DNA of 64,000 nt from an uncultured Chloroflexia bacterium (GCA_963751345.1 CAVVUS010000021.1:1-64000), one strand, 5' to 3'; counted from the stretch's first letter, positions 41,589 to 52,857 are shown. Numbers and translations: made by a program. Notes: generated from the letters alone by a model not told the origin.

Positions 41589-43510
41589 TTACACAGGCTC
41601 CAGGGCCGGATAAGCGGCTTCTTTCCTCTGGGTGAGGAGGGAGACGGCGACCAACGTAATGAAGCTCACCGGTATTGAGACGATGCCGGGATTGCTGAAG
41701 GGTACCGGTGAAGTTGCGGGGTCAAGCCCGTAACGCGTGTACATATCGGGGGACAGCGCAATCAGGCCGAGCGCCGACGACGATCCCACGGTGATGGAGG
41801 CCGTGATGCCCTTGGCCGTCGTCCGTTTCCAGAACAGCATCATGATAATCGCAGGCAGATTCGCGGAGGCTGCGACCGCAAAAGCCCAGCCTACGAGGAA
41901 GGAGACATTCATGCCATCAAAGAGAATGCCCAGGGCGATGGCAATGAGCCCCACGACGAAGGCAGAAAGCTTTGCCGCGCCTACTTTCTGCGTCTCTGTC
42001 ATGCGCACGTTGGCGTAACGATCCAACAAATCGTGAGCTACAGCGCCGGACGCGGCAATGATCAGACCGCTCACCGTGCCCAACACCGTCGCAAAGGCCG
42101 TGGCTGAGATGACGGCGAAAGAGTAACTCACCAAACGAGCGGGCCAAGAGCGGAGCCGACATGTTATTGTCAAGCGGGTTGACGACACCGCTGGTCATCG
42201 CCCCCAACCCCATGAAGAGCGTCAGCACGTAGAAGAACCCGATGGCCGCGATGGCCACGACGGTTGACTTGCGTGCCGCCGCCGCGTTGGGTACCGTGTA
42301 GTAGCGAATCAGAATGTGGGGCAGCGCCGCCGTACCGCAGAAGAGCGCCAGCATCAGAGAGGCGAAGTCGAGCCTCTGGAAGAGCGTGCCTTCCACCTTG
42401 AACTTCAGCCCGGGACGCAGGACGCGGTTGCCGGACACGAGTGAGGCATAGTGGACCGAGACAGGGTTTCCCTGGGCGTCGGTAATCTTGGCGACACTCC
42501 ACAGTTGGACCTGGGTGGCCTTGTCATCGATGAGCGACAGGAACCGAAGGGGACCCACGGGCCCTGTGGTCGCGGCCTCACCGGTCTTCCCGGCGATTGT
42601 CTCCAGGTTGCCGATCGTGCGAAGCTGATTGTCCGAAGACGCGGGCGCGCCATTGATCCACTCCGCACCATCCGGACCGACACTCTGCCATTGTGTCTCG
42701 GTCAGGATGACCCCGCCATCTGTAGCAGCGCTCTGCTTCCACCAGGAGGTGACACCCCCCTTGGCAAGCGCGACGAAGACATTCGCCCCACTGTCGACGG
42801 TCTGAACGTACGTATACGCTGCATCCTCCACCACAAGGCCGTCTCCCGTCTGGGCAGCGGCAAGCGTTGCCAGAGGGTGGAAGGGGACTCTTGCCGCCCT
42901 GGTCCGGCGTCGTCGAAAGACCGCGAATCAGCACGGCGACGACGAGCACGATGGAGAAGACGATGAGCAGTGACCCCTTGAGAAACTGAACGTAGGTGGT
43001 CGAGGCCATCCCGGCCGTGGCCACAATCGTGATAACGATAGCACCCACGATGATGACACCGGCATAATGCGGAAGCCCAAGGAGAGGCTCCACCAGCACG
43101 CCCGCCCCCACCATCTGGGGGATCAGGTAGAACACGGACACGATCAGCGTGCTGATTGCGGCAGCCAGTTTGATGCCACGAGAATCGAACTTCTGATCCA
43201 GCGCATCAGCGAACGTGTATTTTCCCAGCCGCTTCATCGGTTCAGCCACGATGAAGAGCGCCACGATCCAACCGGCAAGGTACCCAATAGAATAGAGGAA
43301 CCCATCGTAACCCGCCGTTGCGATCATCCCACAGATACCCAGGAAGGACGCCGCCGAGAGGTAATCGCCGGCAAACGCGATACCGTTCACCGACCAGTGT
43401 ATCTTCCCACCCGCGGCATAGTAGCCACTGGCAGACTTCGCCCGCTGTGCCAGGTAGAAACTCAGACTAAGGACAATGATGACGAAAAGGACAAAGATCG
43501 CGATGGCCAT
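41589..43510 (-). CDS. actP: Cation/acetate symporter (SSS family) with large insertion; at least two frameshifts (~42890-42850, ~42125)
   Basis: 'NGIAFAGDYLSAASFLG', 'GYLAGW', 'YLIPQMVGAG', 'GTAALPHILIRYYTVP', 'AFATVLGTVSGL', 'AASANLP', 'NPGIVSIP'. Confidence 0.9.
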
Positions 43511-43513
43511 GAC

Positions 43514-43804
43514 TCACGCCTCCCCAGTTTCGTCGCAGCCGTCGCCATTCGACTCTTCACGCGTGCACACACGCGTGTAGATGAACGCCAGGACGAATGC
43601 CAGACCAATCAACCCCATACCATAGACAACGGCCAAGTTGAGTCCCAGGAATACGGTGCGCTCCATTGCCAGGGGAGAAACCACGTTGACCAGGACGAAT
43701 CCCCCGTAGACAAGAGCATAGAGCAAGAACATCTGAACGCCCACGCGCACTTTGTAGCCGATCGCGCGGTCCTCGCCCGCAGGCTGAGCCGGTTCATGAA
43801 GCAT
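43514..43804 (-). CDS. DUF485 (YjcH-like) two-TM partner of ActP
   Basis: Two TM helices, 'GLNLAVVYG'; directly upstream of actP, the usual arrangement; SD GGGAGG. Confidence 0.85.
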   Translation of the reverse strand: MLHEPAQPAGEDRAIGYKVRVGVQMFLLYALVYGGFVLVNVVSPLAMERTVFLGLNLAVVYGMGLIGLAFVLAFIYTRVCTREESNGDGCDETGEA

Positions 43805-43931
43805 GAGGAAACCTCCCATCAAGACACTAGGTGGAAGAAGGACGACACCTGCAATGCATGGCCGCAGTGAGGGGCTTCGACGCAGCGCAGCGGGGAGGTC
43901 CCAACGCATCAGCTCAACAGGTGCTTATGCC

Positions 43932-43959
43932 AATATAACATACATTCGGCGCCGCACAA
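43932..43959 (-). promoter_or_regulatory. Putative promoter TTGTGC-N16-TATATT (extended -10) of DUF485-actP
   Basis: TG.TATATT about 127 nt upstream of the start codon. Confidence 0.55.
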
Positions 43960-43988
43960 CAGACACTTGTCACCTGTGTAAGAGTGGA

Positions 43989-45215
43989 TCACCGCATAGC
44001 CGTCTCAATGAACGCCGCATAATCGTCGATCGAGGCGTAGTCGCTCGTGGTGTCGTAGAGTTGGTCGTCAAAGGCCCAGAAGAGGCCGGTGAGGCCAAAC
44101 GCCTCCAGCCGGTCAAAGCATAGCTGCATATCGTCGACGGTGCCCTGCCCCGTGTTCTCGCCCCAGACCTGGAGCGCGGGTCTGTGATCCCCGGCAAGTT
44201 GTGCCAGGTAATGCACGGGACTCCACCGCGTCGGATCGTCACCGGCATCATCGCCGAGGGTCGGCGACGTGTCCAGCCACGTCGTGTAGACGATGACCTT
44301 GGAATCCTTCAAGTTGGCGACATGCCGCGCAAAGTCGTGACCACGCTGGATCTCCCCGTTCTGCTCGGGCGAAGTGAAGCCGCTCAGATCCCTGGAGATC
44401 GCGGCGTCGAGCTGGCCAGGGCGTAGGCCCCACGAGGGGTAGAGCACGGCAAGCGGGCCCTTGAAGTCGCGGCGGACGGTCGCAATCTGCCAGTTCTGAT
44501 AGTCCGACATCGCATCGAGATACCACGCAGCAAACTGGCGGGCCGATTCGTGGTCCTGGCTCGCCGTGCCGGGGATCCATCCGGGCACCGGGTTGGGCGT
44601 GAGCGTCGCTGCCAGGCCGGGTACCCGGCCCTGGGCTACGTCGCCGAAGGCCCAGTAGGCGTTCACGCGATCGGCATAGTCGTTGATCGGGTAGGAAAGC
44701 TCGCCATAGAAGCCCCAGCCGAGACGAACAGCGTAGAAGTCGTTGCCCAGTTCCTGGAACACGCGCGCCGCGTAGGCCGCCTGAAGATCGCGGATCTGCT
44801 GGTTGAAGACCGCATTCAGTCCATTGGCACCGGGCCGGTCGTCGACGTAGGCGTCCCCGTATTGATTGACGTAGCGGCTGTTCGGGAGATCGAACGCCCA
44901 TGCCGGCGGATATTGGATGCCGAGGCTTAGCACGATCTGCATCCCGGCATCACGAAGGGCCGCCAGGTCGCCCCGCGCCTGGTCAAACTGGGCCGCATCA
45001 AAGCGGTCCGGTGCAGGCTGAAGCCGGTCCCAATAGACCTCATAGGTCACGGCCCGGAGACCGGCCGCGTAGTCGGATTCAGCGTGATCGACTCGGCTCG
45101 CGACGGTGCCAAAGATCGGGCTGGCGGTCGCCCTGTGGTCGAGACAACCGGCCATCAAGACAACGACCGCCACACCGGCCAGCAGCAGAACCCGGGTACG
45201 CCCTCCGGCCTTCAC
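43989..45215 (-). CDS. Putative lipoprotein glycoside hydrolase (TIM barrel; GH14/GH42-like motifs)
   Basis: Lipobox MAGC; 'VYWDRLQP', 'YPPAW', 'RLGWGFYGELSYP', 'WGENT'. Confidence 0.65.
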   Translation of the reverse strand: MKAGGRTRVLLLAGVAVVVLMAGCLDHRATASPIFGTVASRVDHAESDYAAGLRAVTYEVYWDRLQPAPDRFDAAQFDQARGDLAALRDAGMQIVLSLGIQYPPAWAFDLPNSRYVNQYGDAYVDDRPGANGLNAVFNQQIRDLQAAYAARVFQELGNDFYAVRLGWGFYGELSYPINDYADRVNAYWAFGDVAQGRVPGLAATLTPNPVPGWIPGTASQDHESARQFAAWYLDAMSDYQNWQIATVRRDFKGPLAVLYPSWGLRPGQLDAAISRDLSGFTSPEQNGEIQRGHDFARHVANLKDSKVIVYTTWLDTSPTLGDDAGDDPTRWSPVHYLAQLAGDHRPALQVWGENTGQGTVDDMQLCFDRLEAFGLTGLFWAFDDQLYDTTSDYASIDDYAAFIETAMR

Positions 45216-45218
45216 CGA

Positions 45219-46489
45219 TCAGGCCCAACCCAAGGTGCGGAACGCACCCAGCGGGCACGTGACGGTGCACATATAGACGGGGTTCTGCCGGTGTCCGCCG
45301 TCGGGATGCATGCACTCCCACGGTGCACCGAAATCTGCGCCCTGGCGATAGTCGCCCTTGCTGAGGTCCGTCACGAAGTCGATGGCCAACTCGCGCACTA
45401 TGCTCGCGTCCAAGCGCACCACCGCGGCGCAGACCCAACCGACCGGGGTGCCCCAATAGGCGCCGTTCTGATAGCGGTTCTTGGGCCGGCCATCGACCAC
45501 GCGCTCCCACGCCGTGGTAGCACTGTAGTCACCATCGGTGGGCACGTGGCGGATGTTGCCGTGCCAGGCGATGGTTCCTGCCCTTAGCGAATCGAGCAGC
45601 GCAGCACTAACGGTTCGGGCCGCCGACTCGGGAAGCAGATCGGCGTACACGGCGAACGCCGAGCCCCAGACATCGGGCTGCGCGCTCGTTCCGGTGCTCG
45701 CCCGCAGCAACCCACGACCGTCTCCGAACGTGTCGGGGATCGATCCCGCGACCTTAGCAGCGATCCCCTCGTACCGGTCTGCGCTCTGGGCATCTCCCAC
45801 TCGGCGATAGAGATCCACCATTCGCCGCGCTGCGCGCTCGCGCAACAGCGAGCAGAACAAGAGCTTTCCTGTGTGCACAACGATGTCCGTGAACCCAAAG
45901 GAGACGCCGCGATCTTCCGCGTCGCAGATCACGAGCCCGGTCTCGCCGTCGGTCCTCGGCACCCAGAACGCGAGGGCCAGGCGGTCGATCAGCCGGCACC
46001 CCTCCGATCTCAGCGTTCAGGAGATCCTCCCGCCCACAGGTGACGGCGACGTACCACGCCATCTCGATGAAGTAGTAGTGGTCGTCCAGCGACGGATAGT
46101 ACCCCCACGGCTGCCCCTGGCCCTCGACGTCATCAAGCGTGCCGGGGTAGAAGATAGCCTGACCATCAAAGGTGATGTGGTCGGCGATGGCACCGCGGGG
46201 CACGAAGCTGCCGGTGGGCAGCAAGCGATCCTCGGCAGCCTGAAGCTGCGCCGTGAGCAGCAGCGCGTGGATCGCCTCGTCGGGCCGAAATCAGACCGCT
46301 GCTCAGCGACATAGCAAAGTCGCGGATCCAGAAAGCCGGGTAGCAGTCGCGCCCACCGGGGCGAATCAACGTGCCGCCCGTGGCATTCGGCCCGTGGCCG
46401 GCCACACTCTCGCCCGGCTGCACGCGCGACGCCTCGACGACGGCTGCCGCCAGGTGCTCCAAATCCTGCATAGCTTGCATCAGAAACAT
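45219..46489 (-). CDS. Six-hairpin (alpha/alpha)6 glycosidase-like protein, two frameshifts (~46290, ~45997)
   Basis: 'YPAFWIRDF', 'FGFTD', 'YQNGAYWGTP', 'PWEC' over ORFs 46166-46534, 45754-46224 and 45219-45962; ATG 46489 after GGAGG. Confidence 0.7.
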
Positions 46490-46651
46490 CGTGACCTCCA
46501 GGTCAGGTTCAGATAAGAGCGCATGAAAGGACATCGGCGGCTAGCCGTGGTTCTCAACAGCTTCTCAGTAACATCGTATAAGATGCAGTCCATAACAACC
46601 TGTCGGAGAAGATCAGACATTATGAACCAAATCTCAAAGCAGTTTCTACCA

Positions 46652-46679
46652 AAGATATCTGCCCCGGAGGCTCTGTCAA
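46652..46679 (-). promoter_or_regulatory. Putative promoter TTGACA-N16-TATCTT
   Basis: Consensus -35 in an AT-richer intergenic stretch upstream of the glycosidase pair. Confidence 0.55.
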
Positions 46680-46969
46680 TCCAGGGGCTGAAGCAGCGGG
46701 TGCTATCGACGGTGGAAATGGCCGTTGACACCTCAGCACCGGGCGATGATGGCCGCGCCGATCGCCGCGATGGTTGCCGCTGGCGTTTGGGTATCTACCG
46801 CGTGCACGCGGGTCGAGGGTTTCGAGACGTCCACCCAGAACTCAGTCGCGCCGGGATGGCACGCAGGGCGACGCGCACGCTCCACCGGCTTCGGAGCGAT
46901 GCAGGTGGAGTTATACGACTGCGGCTAAGCGTGAGGACCGCCAATGAGATGCGGGCCTCATAGGTCGCG

Positions 46970-47446
46970 TCATCGATCGGAAGCCACCAACTCGGTGCCG
47001 CAGCTCGAGCACCGCGCGATCGACCTGAGGTAGGATAGGCCGCACGCAGGACAGGTCTTGACGCCCTCACCCGCGGCGACCTCGACCGTATGCGCTGCGC
47101 TGGCCTCGTGGATGCCCTCGTTGAGCAGCTTCTGCCTGGCCATCTGCAGCGGCATGCCCGATTCCAGATCGCGGCGGACGGTAGCGGTCAGACGGGCGAT
47201 CTCTGTCGGCTCGGGAGGTGGGCCGGGCAGGTGGGTCAGCACCTCAGGCGTGTAAGCCCGACGGCAGGTCTGGCACTCGATGAGTTCCCCGTGGTCCTTG
47301 ATGCGGAAGAGCGGAATGAAGAAAAGGGTGAAATAGGTGCCGACCTTTTTCCGCACGTACGCTCGCTCCACGCCGCAATACGGACAGACGAAGGTGCCCC
47401 TGTCAACTTCGACCTCGCGGCTGTTGGTGCCAAAGATGATGATCAT
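46970..47446 (-). CDS. Double zinc-ribbon protein (zinc_ribbon_15-like N-terminus)
   Basis: MIIIFG, CPYC..'YFTLFFIPLF'..CQTC and a C-terminal CPAC..CSSC. Confidence 0.8.
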   Translation of the reverse strand: MIIIFGTNSREVEVDRGTFVCPYCGVERAYVRKKVGTYFTLFFIPLFRIKDHGELIECQTCRRAYTPEVLTHLPGPPPEPTEIARLTATVRRDLESGMPLQMARQKLLNEGIHEASAAHTVEVAAGEGVKTCPACGLSYLRSIARCSSCGTELVASDR

Positions 47447-47472
47447 GTCCGAAGCAGTGCGGGCCGCAGGCG

Positions 47473-47916
47473 CTAGCGTGCGCCAATGGCGGTGAGGAGC
47501 ACGCCCAGACCGGCCAGAATCAGGAGGATCGGCAGCATCAACGTCCAACTCAGGCCGAGAAGAAAGGTTAGCGCCACCATCGTCATCGCCAGCCCCCCGA
47601 TGAATAAGCCGGTGACCAGGCCGTTGATGCGATGGCCGTTGTCCGCGTACGCGCGCCCCCCCCGGACAAACGAATCGATGGCCGGAATCAGGATGAAGAG
47701 CGCCCACCAGTTCTGTAGTGCAGGCACATTGACGCCCATGCTCTCCACCAGAGAGACGATGCCGGCAACGATCAGGATCAGTCCCCAAAGCCACGGACTC
47801 GTCCAATGCCGCCCTCTGCGATAACGGCGGTATCGCTCCCGGCCCCACGCTCGATCTTGCTCCTGCTGTTCCTCAGGTTGCGATTGCTCCTCAAAAGGCG
47901 AGACGTCGTTGGTCAT
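47473..47916 (-). CDS. LiaF/LiaI-like four-TM membrane protein
   Basis: 'WGLILIVAGI', 'NWWALFILIP', 'W..MLPILLI.AG' pattern; SD AGGGAGG. Confidence 0.7.
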   Translation of the reverse strand: MTNDVSPFEEQSQPEEQQEQDRAWGRERYRRYRRGRHWTSPWLWGLILIVAGIVSLVESMGVNVPALQNWWALFILIPAIDSFVRGGRAYADNGHRINGLVTGLFIGGLAMTMVALTFLLGLSWTLMLPILLILAGLGVLLTAIGAR

Positions 47917-48321
47917 GGTCCCCTCCCTGTCGAATGGACTTGATCCTATGATGATGCGGCCGATCAGACGTTACCGCACGTTGGCACGTCGGCGCGCTAG
48001 TGAGCGGGCCCGAACTTGCCATAGGGCAGCATACCCACTGCCGCGCGCACCCCGGCACCCTCGGTCTGCTCGACCACATGGTGCCAACAGGCCTCGATGG
48101 AGCGGAAGGCCCGTCGGGATGCGCAGCTAAACTGTCGCATTCCCTCGCCAGGACGACTGCGCTACACTCGGAATACAGGATTGTTGTGCTTAGCCAATGT
48201 ATCAGAGATCGGGCGGAGATGCAAACCGATTTGTCGCCGCGCCGATCGTCGTCTGCACCGCGGGATCGTCTTCCCCCGTGAGTGCTCCCCGCACCAACCG
48301 TATCCACACCGGACCCGGCCA

Positions 48322-49098
48322 TCAAGGGCCCTGGATCAGCCGCAGCACCTCAGGGAGCAGCGCCTGCGTGGTCGAAAGGGCCTCGCCACCGTGGATGGTG
48401 GAGTTGCCGGACCAGTCACCGAAATAGCCACCCGCCTCGCGAAGGATCGGCGGGAAAGGGCCGCAGTCCCACACGCTGACGATGGGGTCGAGCATCAGCT
48501 CGGTGCGCCCGGTCGCCACCAGAGCGTGACCATAGGCATCGCCCCACCCCGCGCGGAAGGTCGCCGTCTTCTGGAAGCGCTGCCATGCGGGACCGCGCCC
48601 ATATGGCTCGAAGTTGGCCAGGTCGGTGAAGGTGACGCATCCCTGACTGAGGCTGTCCACCTGGGAGACGTGCGACCTACGCCCATTCCACCAGCAACCC
48701 TCCCCGGTAGCTGCTCCCACCATCATTTCCAGCGCAGGAAAGTACGCCACGCCGACCTCGACCGAGCCCTCGATCTCCAGCCCAATCAGGACGGCGTAGA
48801 GGGGCACCCCACGGATGAAGGATTTGGTCCCATCGATAGGGTCCACGAACCAGCGATGCGTGGCATCGCCCCGGTCCTCCGTGCCGTACTCCTCCCCTAC
48901 GATGGCGTGCGTCGGGAAGCGCTGCTCGATGCGCGAGCGGATCAGCCGCTCCGACTCCCGGTCGGCCACGGTGACCGGCGTGTCATCGGCCTTGATGTCG
49001 GGACGGATGCCGGTCTGGAAGTAGCCCAGCGTCAGCCGGCCGGCGAGATAGGCCGACTCAACGGCGAAGTCAAGATAAGCGCGATAAGAAACCGACAT
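48322..49098 (-). CDS. hisN: Histidinol-phosphatase, inositol monophosphatase family
   Basis: KADDTPVTVADR, GEEYG, W.VDPIDGTKSF.RGVP, GWGD.YG, WDCG. Confidence 0.8.
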   Translation of the reverse strand: MSVSYRAYLDFAVESAYLAGRLTLGYFQTGIRPDIKADDTPVTVADRESERLIRSRIEQRFPTHAIVGEEYGTEDRGDATHRWFVDPIDGTKSFIRGVPLYAVLIGLEIEGSVEVGVAYFPALEMMVGAATGEGCWWNGRRSHVSQVDSLSQGCVTFTDLANFEPYGRGPAWQRFQKTATFRAGWGDAYGHALVATGRTELMLDPIVSVWDCGPFPPILREAGGYFGDWSGNSTIHGGEALSTTQALLPEVLRLIQGP

Positions 49099-49107
49099 AG
49101 AACTCCT

Positions 49108-49755
49108 TTACCGGACCATACGCAAGGCCGGGATCAGCAAGAGCCACGAGAACCTGGCCAGGGCCGAATCGATGAACGCGATGCCGATGGAAAGCAGGAA
49201 GACGCCTGCCGTCGACCAAGGGGCCGATCAGTTCCCGCCGTCGCTGTCGAGCGACAGATGCTCGTCGACCAGTTGGCCCGCGGCCAGACGCATGCCGCCA
49301 GAGCGCCGCCGATAATAAGGCCCGGCGACGAGCATCGTCAACGCATAGAGAATCGTGGCAGTCCGTGGTTCCCGATTCGCTAAGCACCGCCGTCGGAAAC
49401 GGCACGAACGCAACGTCCATCAACAGGAACAGATTCAACCACATAAGCCATCTGTCCACGTGCACGATAGCAGCGAACTTGCGATGGTGTCCCGTCCAGA
49501 AGAGCCCGATCACGAGGAAACTGATCACGTAACCCATGTATTGGTGCCAAATTGAGAGCAAGCCACGCATTAGGTCGGCGTCAGAGCCCATATCGATCGT
49601 GGTCGGGAGACGGATATCCAGGGCCAGAAGCGTGATCGCGATAGCAAAGACGGCGTCGCTGAAGAATACCAGGCGCTCGACGCCGTAGATGTCCTCAACG
49701 GGCACTTCCGCGGTTTGGGGGACGAGGCATCCTTGGCGCCTGGTCGCCTGGCCAT
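49108..49755 (-). CDS. TMEM175 (DUF1211) family potassium channel, frameshifted
   Basis: Signature 'ERLVFFSDAVFAIAITLL', 'SF..IG.FW..HH', 'PFPT'; both termini lie in other frames. Confidence 0.85.
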
Positions 49756-49756
49756 C

Positions 49757-50164
<408 letters not shown>

Positions 50165-50183
50165 AGGTTCGCCCCCCTCTCAG

Positions 50184-51308
50184 CTAAATAAGTCGTGCCT
50201 TGGTCACCGCCGCTTCGTAGTCTGCCTCGCCGAGCACCGCACGCAGCATCGCGAGGACGTTCTCGGGCGGAGTGCCCATCTGGATAGCGTGCGTTGGCGC
50301 CGCTATGTAGCCACCGCCCTCCCCAAAGACGTCGATCAGGTTCCGGCACTCGGCGAAGACCGTCGCCTCGTCTGCATTGGGCAGCAAGGACTGGACGGCA
50401 ATGCCGCCGTGGAAGGCGAGCCGGTCGCCATAGGCCGCCTTGAGCCGTTCCGGCGCCATGCCATCGGCGTCGGTCTGGACGGCCTCCAACACCTCGACCC
50501 CGGCCTCCATCAAGTCCGGCAGGATATCGAAGACCGCGCCGTCGCTGTGGTACATCACGGCGGCACCGGGCGCCAGCCGCTTGCCGAGCTAAAGAGCCGT
50601 GGCGTGGGAGGGCATCAATACCTCACGGTAGGTGCGCCTCGACATCAGCAGCTTCCGCTGTCCACCGAGATCGTCCGCGAAGTAGAGGATGTCCACAAGG
50701 TCGGCCACCTCAGCGAGCGCCAGCGGCCATCGCGGTGGCGAAGTAGCTGGCGATCCGTCCAGTGCCGCCCGCACCAGCTCGGGGTTGAGCAGCACGTTGA
50801 CAAGCGACTCCTCCAGCCCGGTCATCCAGCAGTAGATCTCGAAGGGATTGCCGCACATACTGATGGAGAGCTTGGCAGCGCGATAGCGCGGCTCGCCCCG
50901 CGGGCCGCGGACCTCGTCGAGAACCCGCTCCCGAAACCCCGCGAAATCGTGGGCTGAGGGATCGGGCCACGGGACGTCGTCCAGCGCCGCAGGATCCGTC
51001 AGCCCCGCCAGAGGATAGTGAACGATCTCGTTGTAGGAACCGGTGCCGTACGACTGCGACCGGCGGCGGATTCCCCAGATGTCGGTGTCGGGCGGGAGCT
51101 CAGGGCCCACATAGGGTGGGGCGACGCCGCGAATGTCATCGACCTCGTCGCGCAGGGCCAGCCAATCCACACCACACCCGACAAGATAGTCCGCCAACAC
51201 ATCGGACATCTCAGCCGTCGGGCCGAAGTTCCACGAAAACGGCACGCGTCCGCCGTGCGGAGGTGGCTCGTGTCGCAGCGCGGTCAGAATCCGTTCGCGT
51301 GGCGTCAT
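50184..51308 (-). CDS. Uroporphyrinogen decarboxylase family protein (methyltransferase-like), frameshifted
   Basis: MTPRERI, 'DIWG', 'YPLA', 'GLEE.L', 'ADDLGGQ..LLMS', 'YHSDG', 'FHGGI..Q', 'GGYI.APTH'. Confidence 0.85.
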
Positions 51309-51348
51309 AGCTCTCAGTCGAATCCTCGCGCTGTGGTCACGCCCAAGG

Positions 51349-52461
51349 CTAGTCTCCGACAAACGGAGCCAAATCGTTGAGCTCCGTCCTACCGCCGAGA
51401 GCCACGATGGCCTCGTCGGGGACGCCGCTAAGCCGCAGCGGTCGGACGACGTTCTCAGCCAGGTCGGGCACGTAGGTCTTGAGGAGCGCACTGGGCTCCG
51501 TCGGCACGAACGTCACCATCCCCAGGTCAGCGGGGAGCAGCACCGTGTTCCCCGGTCTCAATACCTCCCGGCGGTCGCCATACACCACCGTGCAGGCACC
51601 CGAGATCAGCGAGAGCACGTAGAAGCGGCTCCCATCGCAGGTCAGCATCGTCGGTGCCATAAGGTCGAGCCGCTCCAGTGCGAAGTAGCGACAGGCAAAG
51701 ACGAAGGTGCGCGTGTTGGCGCCACCGCCAAGTGTCACTGGCGTGGTCTTGGCCTCGAAGCCCTCCTCGACATGGACGCCGGCCATCCTCTCCTCGACGG
51801 CCTGTTCCCGTTCCTCCGGAGACAGCGCCGGATCGGGCGCCCGCAGCCCGATGTAGACGTCCGAGTTCTGCATAATCTCATAGAAGAGCACGCCGCCCGC
51901 GGAATAGTGCATCGTACCGGCGTAGAGCAGAAACGCATCGCCGGGACTCACCTCGTACTCACGCATCAGGTCCTTGATCGTGCCCGCCAACAGCGCGTCG
52001 TGCACCATCGCGGGCGTCACACCGGACCGGTTGCCCACGCGGAGGGTCGCTCCTTCCCGCACGTTCAGCATGTACCAGGCCTCGGTCTTGCCAGGGTCCT
52101 GCAGACCCCGGGCAGCGGCCAACGCGTCGCTGTGATGCGCCTGCTCCGACAGCGTATTAGAGGCATCCAGGAACTTGATCAACAGGGGGAAACGCGTGCC
52201 ACAGCGCGCCACGACGTCGGTGCCGAGGAGGGTCTCGCCATAGGCGTCGATCAGCGCGTGCAGCGTCTGCCCGGTGAGCGGCCCATTGATCACCTCGCTG
52301 GACTCACCGGTCGGCCGGTCGCACACTTCCCACGTTTCTCCTACATGGTGAGGCGCATCGGGCAAGCCCGTCTTCTCATAGGCTTCGACGATCCACCGGT
52401 TGCCGAAACGGTAGTCGCGCAGGATCTCTCTGAAACGCAGCGGATACAAAGACTCGACCAT
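51349..52461 (-). CDS. Type I phosphomannose isomerase-like cupin protein
   Basis: GETWE, FPLLIKFLD...LS.Q.H, GKTEAWY, AGT.H, EI.QNSD. Confidence 0.88.
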   Translation of the reverse strand: MVESLYPLRFREILRDYRFGNRWIVEAYEKTGLPDAPHHVGETWEVCDRPTGESSEVINGPLTGQTLHALIDAYGETLLGTDVVARCGTRFPLLIKFLDASNTLSEQAHHSDALAAARGLQDPGKTEAWYMLNVREGATLRVGNRSGVTPAMVHDALLAGTIKDLMREYEVSPGDAFLLYAGTMHYSAGGVLFYEIMQNSDVYIGLRAPDPALSPEEREQAVEERMAGVHVEEGFEAKTTPVTLGGGANTRTFVFACRYFALERLDLMAPTMLTCDGSRFYVLSLISGACTVVYGDRREVLRPGNTVLLPADLGMVTFVPTEPSALLKTYVPDLAENVVRPLRLSGVPDEAIVALGGRTELNDLAPFVGD

Positions 52462-52482
52462 GTCTAGCTTCCGACTCCTCTC

Positions 52483-52857
52483 TTACGCCAGCTTCTCCGA
52501 GCCGCTATAGACCTCTTCAACACAGAGCACGGCTGCGGCATGCCCCGGACGCTCGCCGTTCCAGCACTTCATATCCCGGTAATAAGCACCGTCGGTATCG
52601 TAGTCAATCGAGCCCTTGATCTGGTACGACTTCCCTTCCTTCGTGATAAAAAGGAGCGACCCTCTGCTGCCTTCCTGAATGTTTGCCTTCGTCTTTGAGA
52701 AATAGTTGTCGGCGACGACCAGGTGCTCGTCGTCGAACTTGCTGATGCAGGTAGCGTAGATGGCGTTGGGCATCCCGCTCTCGTTCACGGTGGTCAATAC
52801 GATGGGGCCGTCGCGGTTCTCCCAGGCTTGTAGTACGGCGTCAGGCAACTTGGTCAC
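52483..52857 (-). CDS. Pyridoxamine 5'-phosphate oxidase-like FMN-binding protein
   Basis: 'LTTV...G.PN', 'ADNYF.KT..NI', 'YQIKG', 'VEEVY'; SD AAGGAG. Confidence 0.85.
   Translation of the reverse strand: MTKLPDAVLQAWENRDGPIVLTTVNESGMPNAIYATCISKFDDEHLVVADNYFSKTKANIQEGSRGSLLFITKEGKSYQIKGSIDYDTDGAYYRDMKCWNGERPGHAAAVLCVEEVYSGSEKLA

Noticed and set aside
46523-46963. 146-aa plus-strand ORF in the intergenic region
   Set aside because: No recognisable motif or SD, atypical composition, and it overlaps the promoter region of the minus-strand glycosidase pair.
47981-47997. TTGGCACG resembling a sigma54 -24 box
   Set aside because: There is no TTGC at the -12 position and no plus-strand gene follows.
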